A stretch of DNA of 64,000 bases. Origin: Ophelia neglecta. Its lineage: Eukaryota. Below, piece by piece: positions 52,301 through 64,000 of the stretch (position 1 is the first letter of the stretch; each line of letters starts with the position of its first letter). The notes beneath the pieces are model-generated. The model saw only the letters and a list, made by a program, of their open reading frames with translations, did not search any database and had not been told where the DNA came from. Made by a program: the position numbers and the translations under genes. Location of the stretch: positions 90,148,001 through 90,212,000 of the forward strand of contig OZ260663.1 of the NCBI GenBank assembly GCA_965285935.1, in the 5' to 3' direction.

Positions 52301-55300
52301 CCTATACCAACCTCCACCATTCTGTGACCACCAACATCCCCAAGTAGACTATCTAGAACTTTGCCAAATTGACAGAACGACTTATGGTAGACGCTAGAGC
52401 CAAGTGCAAAAACACCATATAGCAGGTTACATAGTGTGGGATGCAGGCAGCGTTTGGCGCTGTAGGAATAAATCACATAACCTTAGAAAAGTACGTATAT
52501 TAAATTGAATAGGAAAGGATGGGCTTATTTCATCAATAGACATTCACATTTAAATTTGCCAATAAATAATTCATCAATTGTACAAATAAAATCATAGGAG
52601 AGATATTTCAACATTCGGACACAATCTGGTCTCTCCTCGGAACAGCGCGTTTAATTCATATTTGTAACCTACGACATGAAGTGTATGTGTATTCTTAGTT
52701 CGTTATAAATCATTTACGTTCAGAATAACTAAAACTAGTTTGACTGGGTGGTTATTTTCAAATAACTTATTCTGACCTTTGCAGTGGCCTGCTAAAACGT
52801 CAATATAATAAATGAAGTTCTCATAGTAGATGGAAAGTTAAATTATTTTCTGTTTTTCATTTGTTTGATAACTAGATATGCACTCGTGGCAGCATGACCA
52901 AATTACCGAAGACACCCGGTTAGACTCCTCACTGTTATTCATTTCAACGGGTTGGATGCATTTCTAAAAAAAAGTTCTTAAAACCATCCCCGATATTATC
53001 TTACCTCTCACTGGCATTGCGCTTCATTTCCAACAATTCATTGTAAAAATCCTAGTATAATGTGAAAAACGTTAGTGAAAATTGTGAACATAAAAATCAA
53101 TATCAAACAGCTAAATAAATTTAACAAATAGATGAATAATAAAAATCAACCAGTTTTTTGCAGCACAAATAATTGCATCAAGCCGATCTCATTTAAATTT
53201 AGATACACAAAAATTGGAATTATAAAGATCATGGCAGGGCTGTCCGATGCATATGAACAGGTTTAGCCTTGTAAAATTAATATGGCGCTAACCATTCCGT
53301 TTTCTGGAGGGTCCCCATTACCAAATGTACTGGTGACGATCAACACAACGCTCTCATGCTCCAGCATACTTGCATGATAGTCTTTCATACAATACACCTT
53401 AAACAAGCTTCATACAATGAGATATTAAATATCGAACAATATATATTACAAGATCTGGATTGGAATATTTGCTATCGTACATGGTACATCATATCAAATG
53501 GGACATTCTGATAATAATTGAGATTACAAGGGCATTCGCATCTTTGAAAAGTGACATAATTGAACGCTGGATTAACTGATGGGATTAGGGTTAATTCTTT
53601 TCATTATTTAAGCTTGGAAGATAAACGTAGTTTGCTACACAGGCTTTTCAGGTTAATAAGGACACATATTTTTATTGACAACCTAGAGTCGAATAATTTC
53701 TATAATATAGCATGATAAATGTAATATCAGGGAATTGGATTTATCTATAGGCACTTAAACTATAGTTTGTTTAACTAAGCACCGCATGCTAAACTTAAAA
53801 TCATTACCAATGGCGTGTAATAACACCGGTTGCGAATTAATCAACGAGAGCAGTTCGTAAAAACCGAAGTTATGGTTGTTTTCAGACGATCTTATTTATT
53901 CATACAGCTATACTTGAACACTTCATATGTTTTGTATTGCTTTCCAAATTGAACTTTCCATAAGTTAATCAAAAAAGTTCACACTTAAAATTTGCATAAT
54001 CAGGTGTCTTTACCCACATATTACAAACTATTATGTGCACCCGTCAGCCAAGGGCAAGAAATATATACAGGATCTTACTTGTCACCGGTAAGGGAATATA
54101 ATATATCCCAATAGAACATGTTATAAGTATGGATTTTCTAAGCGGAACTCCCCAAACATTTATTAATAGTAATAATTATTCTAGAATTTGTTGGTATTAT
54201 CGATTATATTCAACTTAAAGCAAAAGTGGTATACCGTGGGATGGAATGCGTGGCTAAAAGTGTCCGCCAGCACCCTAGCAAAGTGCTCCGACCTCCCAGT
54301 CTCTGTGGCATACAGAATGGTGCAGGGAACCCTATGATTGTAAGCGGTTCTCATCATGTGGACAGTCCAACGAACTGCACTGGATATAAAAGATAAAATG
54401 AATGTTGTCAGTCTGGGAAATGGTATTGGAGTAGTATACATGGGTACGGAGTGGCAGGTAAGTTAACGAACGTTTATGCTTTGGATAAATCATAATTTAC
54501 TCACGTGGCGAGACTTTGAAATTGGACCTTATTTCTTTTGGTCTTCGGGCCTTTCATGGGAGATCCGTTTCTTTCCTTCCAGACATAGTTCCGCAATGGT
54601 GAAGTCTGTAGCATACAAATTTCTATATTTAATTACAGCAAACCACAGACCTGGTACAAAACTTATAAGAAGACCAACCGTTTAAATTCCACATATCAAC
54701 TAGATTAAGTAATTAACAATGGGCTATTATAAAAACAATAGTAATTTTCGAAATATTTCACAGGCAATAGCACAAGTCGGATTACGATATAGTAAATTAA
54801 TTTAGATTTAAGGTTAAGTAGTTAATCATTGAGGCATAGCATTATCGAATGATCATTGTCTAATATCAACGTGCTTAATGTATTGTATATATAATTACAT
54901 AAAACCCCGTCCCAACGTACTTGGCGGGGTAAAATACGAAGAACTTGTATCGTTTCAAAGTGGCCAGTTCTGCGGTCTGGCTAAAATACCACATCCAATG
55001 ACGTGTTACTGATCAAAGTAGCGAGTTTGTTTGCGGTTTTGCCGTTATTTTTGGCTATAACATGAAAGCGAACCGTAGCTGCCGTTTTTTTTTAATTTTC
55101 GCACGTTTTGCGGCACCACTAAACACAGAGCAAAAAAGGCCCACTTGGTACTGTTTATTTATGCTTGCACAAGTGCACAGTCCGGGCGATTCGCAATTTG
55201 CTGGTTTTGCGTATTACGGTTAATCAATTAACGAACTTCACCGCAAACATCACGGATTTACTCAAAGATCAGTTTATTCTCGTGCTTCACTAATCGGCCA

Positions 55301-58300
55301 AACCAGTGTACAAACAGCTCAAATGTCATAGTTTTTCGATGGTAAGACTCCAGAATCGAAGAAATAGCGAACCGTAGGGCGAGACCAGATTATAATAGGA
55401 ATAAGCATAAACGGACCGTTGTATGATTGAAGACATCTGAGTTTAAATGCCGAATACAACTTAGTATTATTCTATAATTTTCCTTCAAAACTGTCCTTCA
55501 ATATGAATTTGTTAAATTTGTCTATCTCAATGAAATAGATTATTTATTAAGAGATTACCGGTAATATAATAATTTGATAAATTACTAAATTTTCTTTGCA
55601 ACATTTAGGACTTGCCGCCTTTTTTACTAGGACTGGTATCTTTGTAAAGTCACAAGTCCTTTGGACTGTTGATATTTTTTCAGGGTTATTTCTCACACTG
55701 GTATTAACATTAAAATAGACCGAATACATTTGTACATATTTCCTACTCAGATCAATTTTTCTATTCTCTTCCCTGCAATTTCTACTTAAAACTTGTTCGG
55801 AGAAATCTATTAACTTCATATCATGTGACTAAATTTACTGAATTGCAATGGACGCGAATCAACGGCAACGTATTCGCAATTCCAACTTATCCAACTGCAA
55901 CGCAGATGCTATTTGTAAGCCGATTACATGGTTCTACGAGAAGGTGTTTGTTAGTTCGACTAGTAATGTGGTGCCCTTGGTGTTGTTAGATATGTGGTGT
56001 GACCAGGTGGTTGAAAGTCATATTGCTATTCTTAACATTTATGAAATGACTTGTGCACCAGTGGCTTAAAATAGTGTAAAATCAAAGTATTGGAACAGAG
56101 TACATTGCTTCTTTTATGTGGCACCTGAACACGCTACTTATATTTGGAAAATAATGTTTCGATATAAAAGCACTTCTCTATAATATCTGTGAAAGATTGA
56201 GAATTAAACCCGAGCGTTGGCATACCTCTGATCCAATCCCTACAGCTGATAGGAATGTGACCCCTGTAGCATTCTTCATGAAAGCTTTTATTTACTTGTT
56301 CAACGGGTCTGTTTTAATGAGCTCCGTTTGAAATAATTGCCCTTTTACATTACTCCACATAGAAATTTGATTAAATATTGTATTGAGCTACTGACAATCG
56401 AAAACAAAACTCTCCTCTACAGTGTCTGTTTATGTTAACATGCATGAAGAACTTTTCTGATGTAAATTTAAGTGGAATTGGTACATGTATGATTCTTGCC
56501 GTTATAATATGCTTCCAGTTTATTTGAATACTTAAATTTTCTCCATATCTGTTCATGTCTTTATAGTGTATAACTTAATGCACCTTACCTATTCATCGAG
56601 CAATGTTAGTTGTACCAATTTGAGGGCCATGGGCCTTATTCACCAAAACAAATAAACATATGAACTGAAGATATGTGATTAACACTTGATGATTATAAAA
56701 CTATATAAAGCTGTCAATAAAAAATATTGTTATTCTGTAAACTGTTAATCCAAAATGTACCTGTGACTCAAAGGACGGTTTCAACTTGTAATTCAACATC
56801 TCCAGGTGAAAGACAGGGCAGAGAGATCCGGATATCGGAGGAACTACCCACACCCAATCAGATGGGCAACCCCCTCGAAGGTGCATCTCTGTCTCGAAGT
56901 GCTTCATGAAGGATGAGCTGGCCGAATGGTGGTCGACAATGGTCACGCCCTGGCTCTACGTTGATAATAGTGGATCAGTGAGTAACCATACGATGATATA
57001 ATGAACGATACGTTTAAAGTCCGGAAACACGACCACGTATCCATTCGGGAGTTCAATGATGGAAACTCGACATTTATTCGTTTTTGGTACGTGTCTATTG
57101 CTTTATATTCGTACCGTTACTCATATCCAATTATTCCTATGAATCATAAACTTTTGTTCAATAGGTAATTTTGTACTTAAGCATGCTCATTTTCTTGTTT
57201 TAATACGGTTACTAAGATCAACACTTACGTTGAAACTGTGGAGGACTGCTCTGTTAACTTCGACAATGGCTTTGTCCCGCCACAAAGTCTGACTTGTCGT
57301 CATGTCCAACTGCATCATCTTCCCAACCGCCTGAACAAATCTTTTATTATTGACTTTGTCTATTAAGATTAGAAAAAAATAATCGTAAATCCTGAAACCC
57401 ATAGGTAATAAAAGTTGTGTAGTATTCAAAAAGTCTCATATGTTATAAAAGAAAATGCGGCTTTTATTATTTATTTGCCTTGCTTGTGTCCATACAGAAT
57501 CTTTCAAACTCCAAAAAAAACATAAATCATCGACAGAACATATGGTGTGAAGTCTTATCTGTGCTTCACGTCTTTATTTAGATAAGGCGTGTTTGGAAAC
57601 GTACTGTAGCTTTCAGCAGTTTCCCCCATAAAAAGGATCTGTTCCATATAAAAAAACGTCCACAGATGTCCTACCATGCCGGATTTAATGTAACTCGAGA
57701 AGTTTGTAATGACTCTCTTCCTAAAAACAGAAAAGATTCTTCACTCCTAGTACCCACCTCTGTGATGTTGTATCGGAAGGGGTCGCAAAGATCTCTTGAC
57801 CCGATCTCAGTGCCCATGTACCATCCATTAAATGGCGCCGCTGTAAACTCGAGGCCGCCGATATCAGCCAACACGTTAGCAACTGCGGGTAAAGCGTACC
57901 ATTTCAGTCCCAAATCCTCGAACCACGGGTATCTACAGCAGAATAACTCAATGCATTGACTTGGCAGACAGAGACGGCCTTGCGATAGAAGAAGTAGAAT
58001 AAGTAGAAATCGCTGTCTATTGTAGAATTTATTTACAATGAGAAGTAATATCATCCAAACTAATTGAGAGCTACGTGTTTTCAAATATTAATTTAAATTG
58101 TTCATAGATTTATTGTCTCTCACATAGCGACGAGGAATTAGGCACCGGTAGGGATGCCCTTGTATTTCGAATTCTTCTATGTCTGTAAAGATTACTGCCG
58201 CTTTAACTCCACGGGAAAATTCATAGATATACAACTACCATAAACCATGCAGAACAAGGATACCTGTATTAGTTATGTAATTATAATATTTAGGAAAGAA

Positions 58301-61300
58301 ACTTGGTAGGGTGTCTATATTGTTTAATGTGCACATACTGCGGGTGCGTCAGTTTAACTTCCAGAACTATATCTTCTGGAATTTCAAAGAGCTCAGGGTC
58401 GTCGCCGTTAGCTTGGAGGATGAGCGGAAGGATATCAAATCGACCACCTATACCATTCCAGCCCATATTTACACATAACTGCAAGCATAGAAAAAGGAAT
58501 ATTGAAATACACAGCACTTTCTGAATAAACTACACTCATTCAAATTAAAGCCAATACGAATGAACTATCTCATATTACAACTGCAAATGAAGCTGCTTAT
58601 TTACTTTTTATTTTGTAAATGCATGTAAACTCAATTTCTTTTTCTTGGCCCAAAAGAAAATTGAAGATATTATACCGATGGAAATTCTAAGAGTAACAAT
58701 ACGTTGAAGAATAGGCGTGCACATTATGGCATGGATAATCGAAACAGTTTAGCGAATGTGAAATGTACTAGTTGTATTCTTGTTATAAAGAAAAGAGACA
58801 ACGGAATTGAAAACCCGCCCACGATGTAACATCGTTTATCAAAAATGGCAAATTGTATGGCTCCGAAATCTTTAGGAAACGTCATCAACATGTATTCAAA
58901 CCATAACTGGCATATTTTTCATCGTACATTTGCTTATATTCACCTTGAATGGACTAATTTACTTTGAATGTCGAAATTGTATACATGTATAGGATGTTCC
59001 TCATGGATGACAATTCAATCCCACACAAAATAGTCGATTGGAAAAGCAAAAAAAAACCCTAATATTATGAGTTTTTTATAACTCAAGTCTCTTAAATAGA
59101 AAAAAAAATGCTCCACTGATTGGGAATGTAACACCAATTATATTTTATTTATAGAAATGGGTATTAGCTAGTAGTTTCCTAGCGAACTAGAAGTAAAATG
59201 TGTTCACTATATTGGTGTATGCTTTAGACTATTTGTTTTTGTGCAATCATACCTTTGTGAATTCAACGTTGCCGGGGTCCCCAGTAATGGTACCGTCGTC
59301 GTTTTCGTAACCTGCATAACCAATAAGTTGAGAATTCCACACTTGAAAATCGTGATCTCCGTCCGTTCTGGCCTTGAATACCGTAATGGCGGACCTGTTC
59401 ATCAATGGAATAAGTTATTCTAGATAAAGTTATCTACATGGCATCTTATGGGTACCGGTTATGTAATATATAAACCAACCTTAAGTTTCCGTTGTTGGTC
59501 CCGAATTTGATGTGCTCGCAGATTGATTGAAACATACCAGCTGCCGTTTCGATGCTACGGGCATCAAATAACTGTGAAGTAATAAATGATCTCGTTATAG
59601 ATCCTAAAATGAAAATGTTATATCTTCGAGTAAGAACTCGGAAAACTCATTTCTGGATATTCGGCAGAATAGTAACCTTAATTTATGTAACCAGTACATT
59701 TCCTATTTGTATGCATCTTATGTCTTGCAATAATCCAAAATCCCGGCGAGACCGTTGGCTCACCGAGGTAACTTTATATTTCTTAAGACGATATTAACTG
59801 CATCCTTTGGCAGGCACTTTGAATTGATATTTAACTCAAATATAACGTAACCAGTACTCGTCAGTGCATTAATCGTAGCACGTTTTGAGGTGAAAATAAA
59901 TACCTATGTAATGAAATACATTGTCAAACACACCACTCTGGTGGGCAAGGACATCTGACATTAGGGCACTGGTCGAAATACTCTATAATTGATCTTTAAC
60001 ATTGATGGTTAAACGCACAGTTCCTCATGAGAATTAAACGGGGCGTATACTGTCTGCATGCGAAACGAAAACAAAAGTACACGACAAATAAGCATAGCAA
60101 CACGTCCATTCTGATCATGTATATACATGTACCAGTATATTCCTAACATCCTCGAAAATACATGTGTGTTAAGACTACCTTGGCATGTAAATTGCTGTTA
60201 CCATATAATGAAAATTGCTTCCTATGAACTATCGATTTAACATTGTGATGTTGACCGCAATGGTGATAACTGGGACATATTATAACATCTGATCATTGAA
60301 TAGGGAAATTGGCTGCAACATGCATATTAGCAACAATGATACCACTTAATATCCACCTTTTTGTCATTTCATACAAGAAATAAAGCATATCAACATCGAG
60401 GTTATCTGGTATTCAATGGCTTTTTTAATAACAAATGCATTGAAATATATTTCACACTAAAGCTTCCATATTATTAGCTCATTTAACTTGCCTACATACA
60501 TGTTTTCCATTAAACTGCGAGAGACTGGGGCTTATCCTTATCATTGATTAGCGTGTATACCTATCACTAAAAGTCTCACATGAATCTAAACTAGTGCATA
60601 TATTAATAGAACAATAAGCATACTTGGAGCCGAGACCACTGTATGCGGCCTATACACCTGGCTGAATTCCGCCATGCTGTCTTGACACCAAAGGCCAACT
60701 CGGCCTTTGTCAAATCATATGTACCGGTCTCGTGAATGGACTCGAGGGCTAGCTTCAGCCTCGCCTCGTGTGTCGGACTGCCCTGTCTGAAATAAATATC
60801 ATGGACGTTTTAATACAATAAAAATATACAACAATACACATTGGTAGGGGCATTCGAGTTAGGAAGTATTTGGTAAACCGAGATGGCACGTCATCTTTTC
60901 TGTTCGGAATCTGAGGTTTAATTTACAAAGTCACCTGCAGTTAAGAAACTTGACCCCGTTTCTGGACGCAGTCTTAACCCATAACTTGGATAAAAATCAG
61001 AACTAAAGGGCTTAATCGGGGTTAATTTACTAATGTTTTTCAATCTCAATTTAATTCTAAAGCTGCCCATTTTGGTATTATACTTAATCCTGGCCAAATG
61101 ATAAAACGATAAGAATTGCCTCAGTTAATTTGTAATTTGTTCATCTATAGACCGCTTGCAAATACCGGGCTCTGAGAACTGAAGACTGTGTGACCGTAGA
61201 TAATAGCCCATTATGACCTCGGCTAAATTAAATGAGATATTCATGATTAATGATCTTATTTTGCCTGCTTGGTATTCATTCCCGTTTTCCCTCGCCACCT

Positions 61301-62402
61301 TAATCCATCAAGACGAAACTCTGACACAATCACACCATTGTATAAAAAACGAAATGTACAATATGACACACTGTCAAGTCTTCTTCAACGTAAAAGCGAT
61401 AATTGAAAGAATGAAACTGATGTTATCATTCCAAATATCAATGTATGCGTTTTAATTAGAGTAAATATAATTCATAGGTGTTTGTTGAAATGGCTGGCGC
61501 TCAAAAACATCTCGGCACCAGGATTGGAGATGGATAGATTCGCCGATATCGCTGGGCTAGGTTGTGGTACCGCAAAAGTTGTGGTTTCGAGACCCAGCCA
61601 AGTCAACAAGCACCTTTGAATTTCCAATACAAAAATTGAAACTGGGGAATTTGGATCTCCGTTGTAGTTAAATTGGCCTATATGGCAGAGCCTATAAAGA
61701 GATTATATATCCTGCCTCGATTTCAATCAGTAAATACAATTAATATAATATTTATATGTATGTATATTACCACGCCAGATGGTTAGCTGTCACTACCTAA
61801 GAAGTCGTTTATATGGTGTCAAATCACTGCGAATGTTAGGCATAAGACAGTTTGAATTATTTAATCAAATTCTTACTTCTGAATGGCGGTGAAATATTGA
61901 TTGAGAAAATCGGTACATTCCCTGGTCAATTCTTCTTTAGCTTTGGGGGCTCTACCGACCAGATGGGGTCTCATCAGAGAGCCAACACAGCGTTGAGAGG
62001 TGCACCCTGTATCCTGGAAAACAAAGCTAACATTTTTTTCTACGTACAAAAAAAGGCCTAAGAACCAAGCGTCAAATTGCGTATATATACAAGTTAATAT
62101 TATTGTTTGGGTGGTCCCTTTAAAATCACCCGCTTATATGCACACACGTATCTATCTGCCACGCATGTAATATTGCCTTATACACTCTGAGATAGATCGA
62201 TTTTTGAAATCTTCAACATACTTATACAATCATTGTGTATTGATGCAACCATTCCCTACGATAATAAGAAAATCACGTATGATTTACATACGTGCATCGC
62301 TTGATTGTGTAACGTATCCTGGAACGAAACATCTTTGGCCAGATCCTGTAATTTTCTGCACGCCATTGATTGATGGCTAACTTGATGGCGTGTAGGGTCC
62401 AT
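46366..62402 (-). CDS. NOS: Nitric oxide synthase, complete, 25 coding exons, ~1114 aa, no PDZ domain, shortened autoinhibitory loop
   Basis: Exons: 62402-62292, 62013-61877, 60786-60624, 59571-59480, 59394-59253, 58478-58339, 57932-57758, 57330-57229, 56955-56761, 54605-54505, 54379-54235, 53397-53293, 53051-53005, 52459-52243, 52045-51913, 50906-50828, 50570-50380, 50272-50103, 49714-49504, 49354-49273, 48694-48573, 47946-47798, 47458-47267, 46707-46600, 46401-46366. All are GT-AG and phase-consistent (3345 nt). Motifs: Zn site CTSQRC; heme ligand [13 protein letters not shown]; substrate site GWYMGTEIG; DWVWVVPP; CaM site [14 protein letters not shown]; FMN motifs YATETGRS and [13 protein letters not shown]; FAD motifs RYYSMSSS and GVCS; NADPH motifs [18 protein letters not shown] and RYHEDIFG. 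The last exon is less certain: read-through of exon 24 would end in VNGTLRLI*. Confidence 0.95.
60953..61172. mobile_element. Related MITE copy in a NOS intron
   Basis: CCCCGTTTCTGGACGCAGTCTTAACCCATAACTTG aligns with the reverse complement of 38790-38826; the right end is AATACCGGGCTC. Confidence 0.5.
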
Positions 62403-63400
62403 GTCGGCGGAAAAGGCGAAGGTGGCTTAGTAGATTATGGCAGCGTATGAAGACGAACAGCAGGGTCTTTCAGCAGCTAACACCACTATAACTCTCGACC
62501 TATCTCACCGCTGGAGTGTCCGTGCGTCCAGATCTAAAAGTTATATACAATGCAGCATCAGCAAATTTTGTTAGTATGGTTCAAGAAATTATTTTACTTT
62601 CCTGCAAATCCAATTGTATACATTATGTTCTGCTGAAGACATTTACCTTTCTATATCTATTTAGCTTGATCTGGATGGTTTTCTTGCCTCTTCCCTTATT
62701 TCTTTGGCTTTCAATGTCACCTTCTAGAACGAAGTATTATTAAAACATTGAAACGTAAACTACAAACTATTGTCTCCAACAACTATTTAGCAAAGTAATA
62801 ATTTTAAAGGAAAGTGCTACATTTGTAATGGACACTGTGCAGTATGCAAATTCTATGTGATTCTGACATTTCCGTGGCGCGTGATACATTTGGCCGGTCA
62901 ATGGGCAGTATCATGCCAATCATTATTGTCAGCTTTGCAACTCGCATGTTGACTTTTTTGATGCTAAGAAATTACGAAGAAATAGGTCCTATCATTTTGC
63001 TGGATTTTTTCTTCGATGCCATTTAGCAGGTTCACGATTTCTTTTGGATGTATGGACCAAATCTACATCCCACCTAATGGCTTTAAATGCGATCTTTGCA
63101 AACAAATAATAAGTACATATTTCATTTACTGTTCATGGTTTGTTTGACCAAATTGTAAAACATAGCAGGAAACCAGTAGAAGACGCCTTACTGGCTCAGC
63201 ATATTAATAAAACGCTGTTTAAGGAACAGCCTTTCTACGTTAACATTAAAGTCGCGTTCGAATGAGAACGATGACAAGCGTCTCGTCGGGACATGAAGAT
63301 GCCTGAATCCCTGGGCGTACATCGCGTGCATGATGCTCAGCATCTTGCGCGGTGCACCAGTGTATACAGCCAGCACCCGGCGAAAGCCTCATTCAGGCCA
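62403..63400 (-). other. Probable spliced 5' UTR exons of NOS
   Basis: An acceptor at 62534-62535 opens the exon containing the ATG (context ccgccgacATGG, with an in-frame TAA just upstream). Further GT/AG-bounded segments lie at 62647-62723, and there is a GTAAG donor at 63187-63191. Confidence 0.4.
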
Positions 63401-64000
63401 CGGTTCTTATATTTTGTCTATTACCTTGCATTTTCTTTAAATATTTCCAGCGAGAAGAGAGACTACTTAATCTTATATTTGTTGACATATAAGCCGGTGT
63501 TTTGTCTGACTGTACATTCACGGTATTTTTCCACCGGCATCGTGTGTCTGTGCTGTTCTTGCTCGATGCAGTCATTCGATTTAACATTTTTATCGTTGTC
63601 AAATGTTCATGCTAGATGACAGTTGAATGTTTATAACATAAAGATCTATCTGTGCCGCCATTGGGGGAATCAAAGAATGAAGCTATTCAATTTTTTAACC
63701 GATAAAGCTACTAAATGAATTAACACATCGCCATTACGTAGTGCATGGCATGATACCTTGAGATATTGGGGCAAGACTGTACTTTATGATCACAGTAATG
63801 TGTACATGTACATACTATTTTATGTTACAAATAAATGCCCTGATCGGGACTAACAAAACAAGCATTAAAACCTGCCATCTCATTGATCAAGTGACAAGGC
63901 TTTCAAGACTGGGTGGTGCTCATGTTCAGTGATGGATGCACATACAAGTGTATTGTCCATATGACCTAGCAAGTTCTTTTCCAGGTACATTAGCTTTTAT

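Noticed and set aside
52907-52963. AG/GT-bounded open segment ([19 protein letters not shown]) as the missing NOS autoinhibitory exon
   Set aside because: It would need a ~41-nt intron, and its open frame is phase 0/0 while the flanking junction is phase 2. In phase 2 it hits a TGA.

Overview
This is AT-rich, intron-containing animal genomic DNA, probably from a marine invertebrate (inference). It is not prokaryotic, so the ORF track shows only exon fragments. I rebuilt the gene models by hand from GT-AG boundaries and phase continuity. Left to right: (1) a 3-exon secreted N-formylglutamate-amidohydrolase (HutG/FGase)-like metallohydrolase on + (4308-5792). (2) A tandem array of four 5-exon flavin-containing monooxygenase (FMO) genes on +, ordered A1-B1-A2-B2, formed by an older ~8 kb A/B duplication and a younger duplication at ~16.3 kb offset. 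Only A2 is intact; A1, B1 and B2 each carry a different inactivating lesion, and intron 2 shows a gene-conversion signature. (3) A 3-exon GT10 alpha-1,3-fucosyltransferase on - (39303-43528). (4) A complete nitric oxide synthase on - with 25 coding exons (46366-62402, ~1114 aa), no PDZ domain and most of the autoinhibitory loop missing, i.e. an inducible-NOS-like architecture. The window also holds a Helentron-type non-autonomous element, several MITEs (some confirmed by empty paralogous sites), and LINE and gypsy remnants. I found no rRNA, tRNA or CRISPR array. The best leads are the atypical FMO active-site motifs and the possibility, unproven, that the hydrolase-FMO-fucosyltransferase-NOS neighbourhood is an animal metabolic or defence gene cluster.
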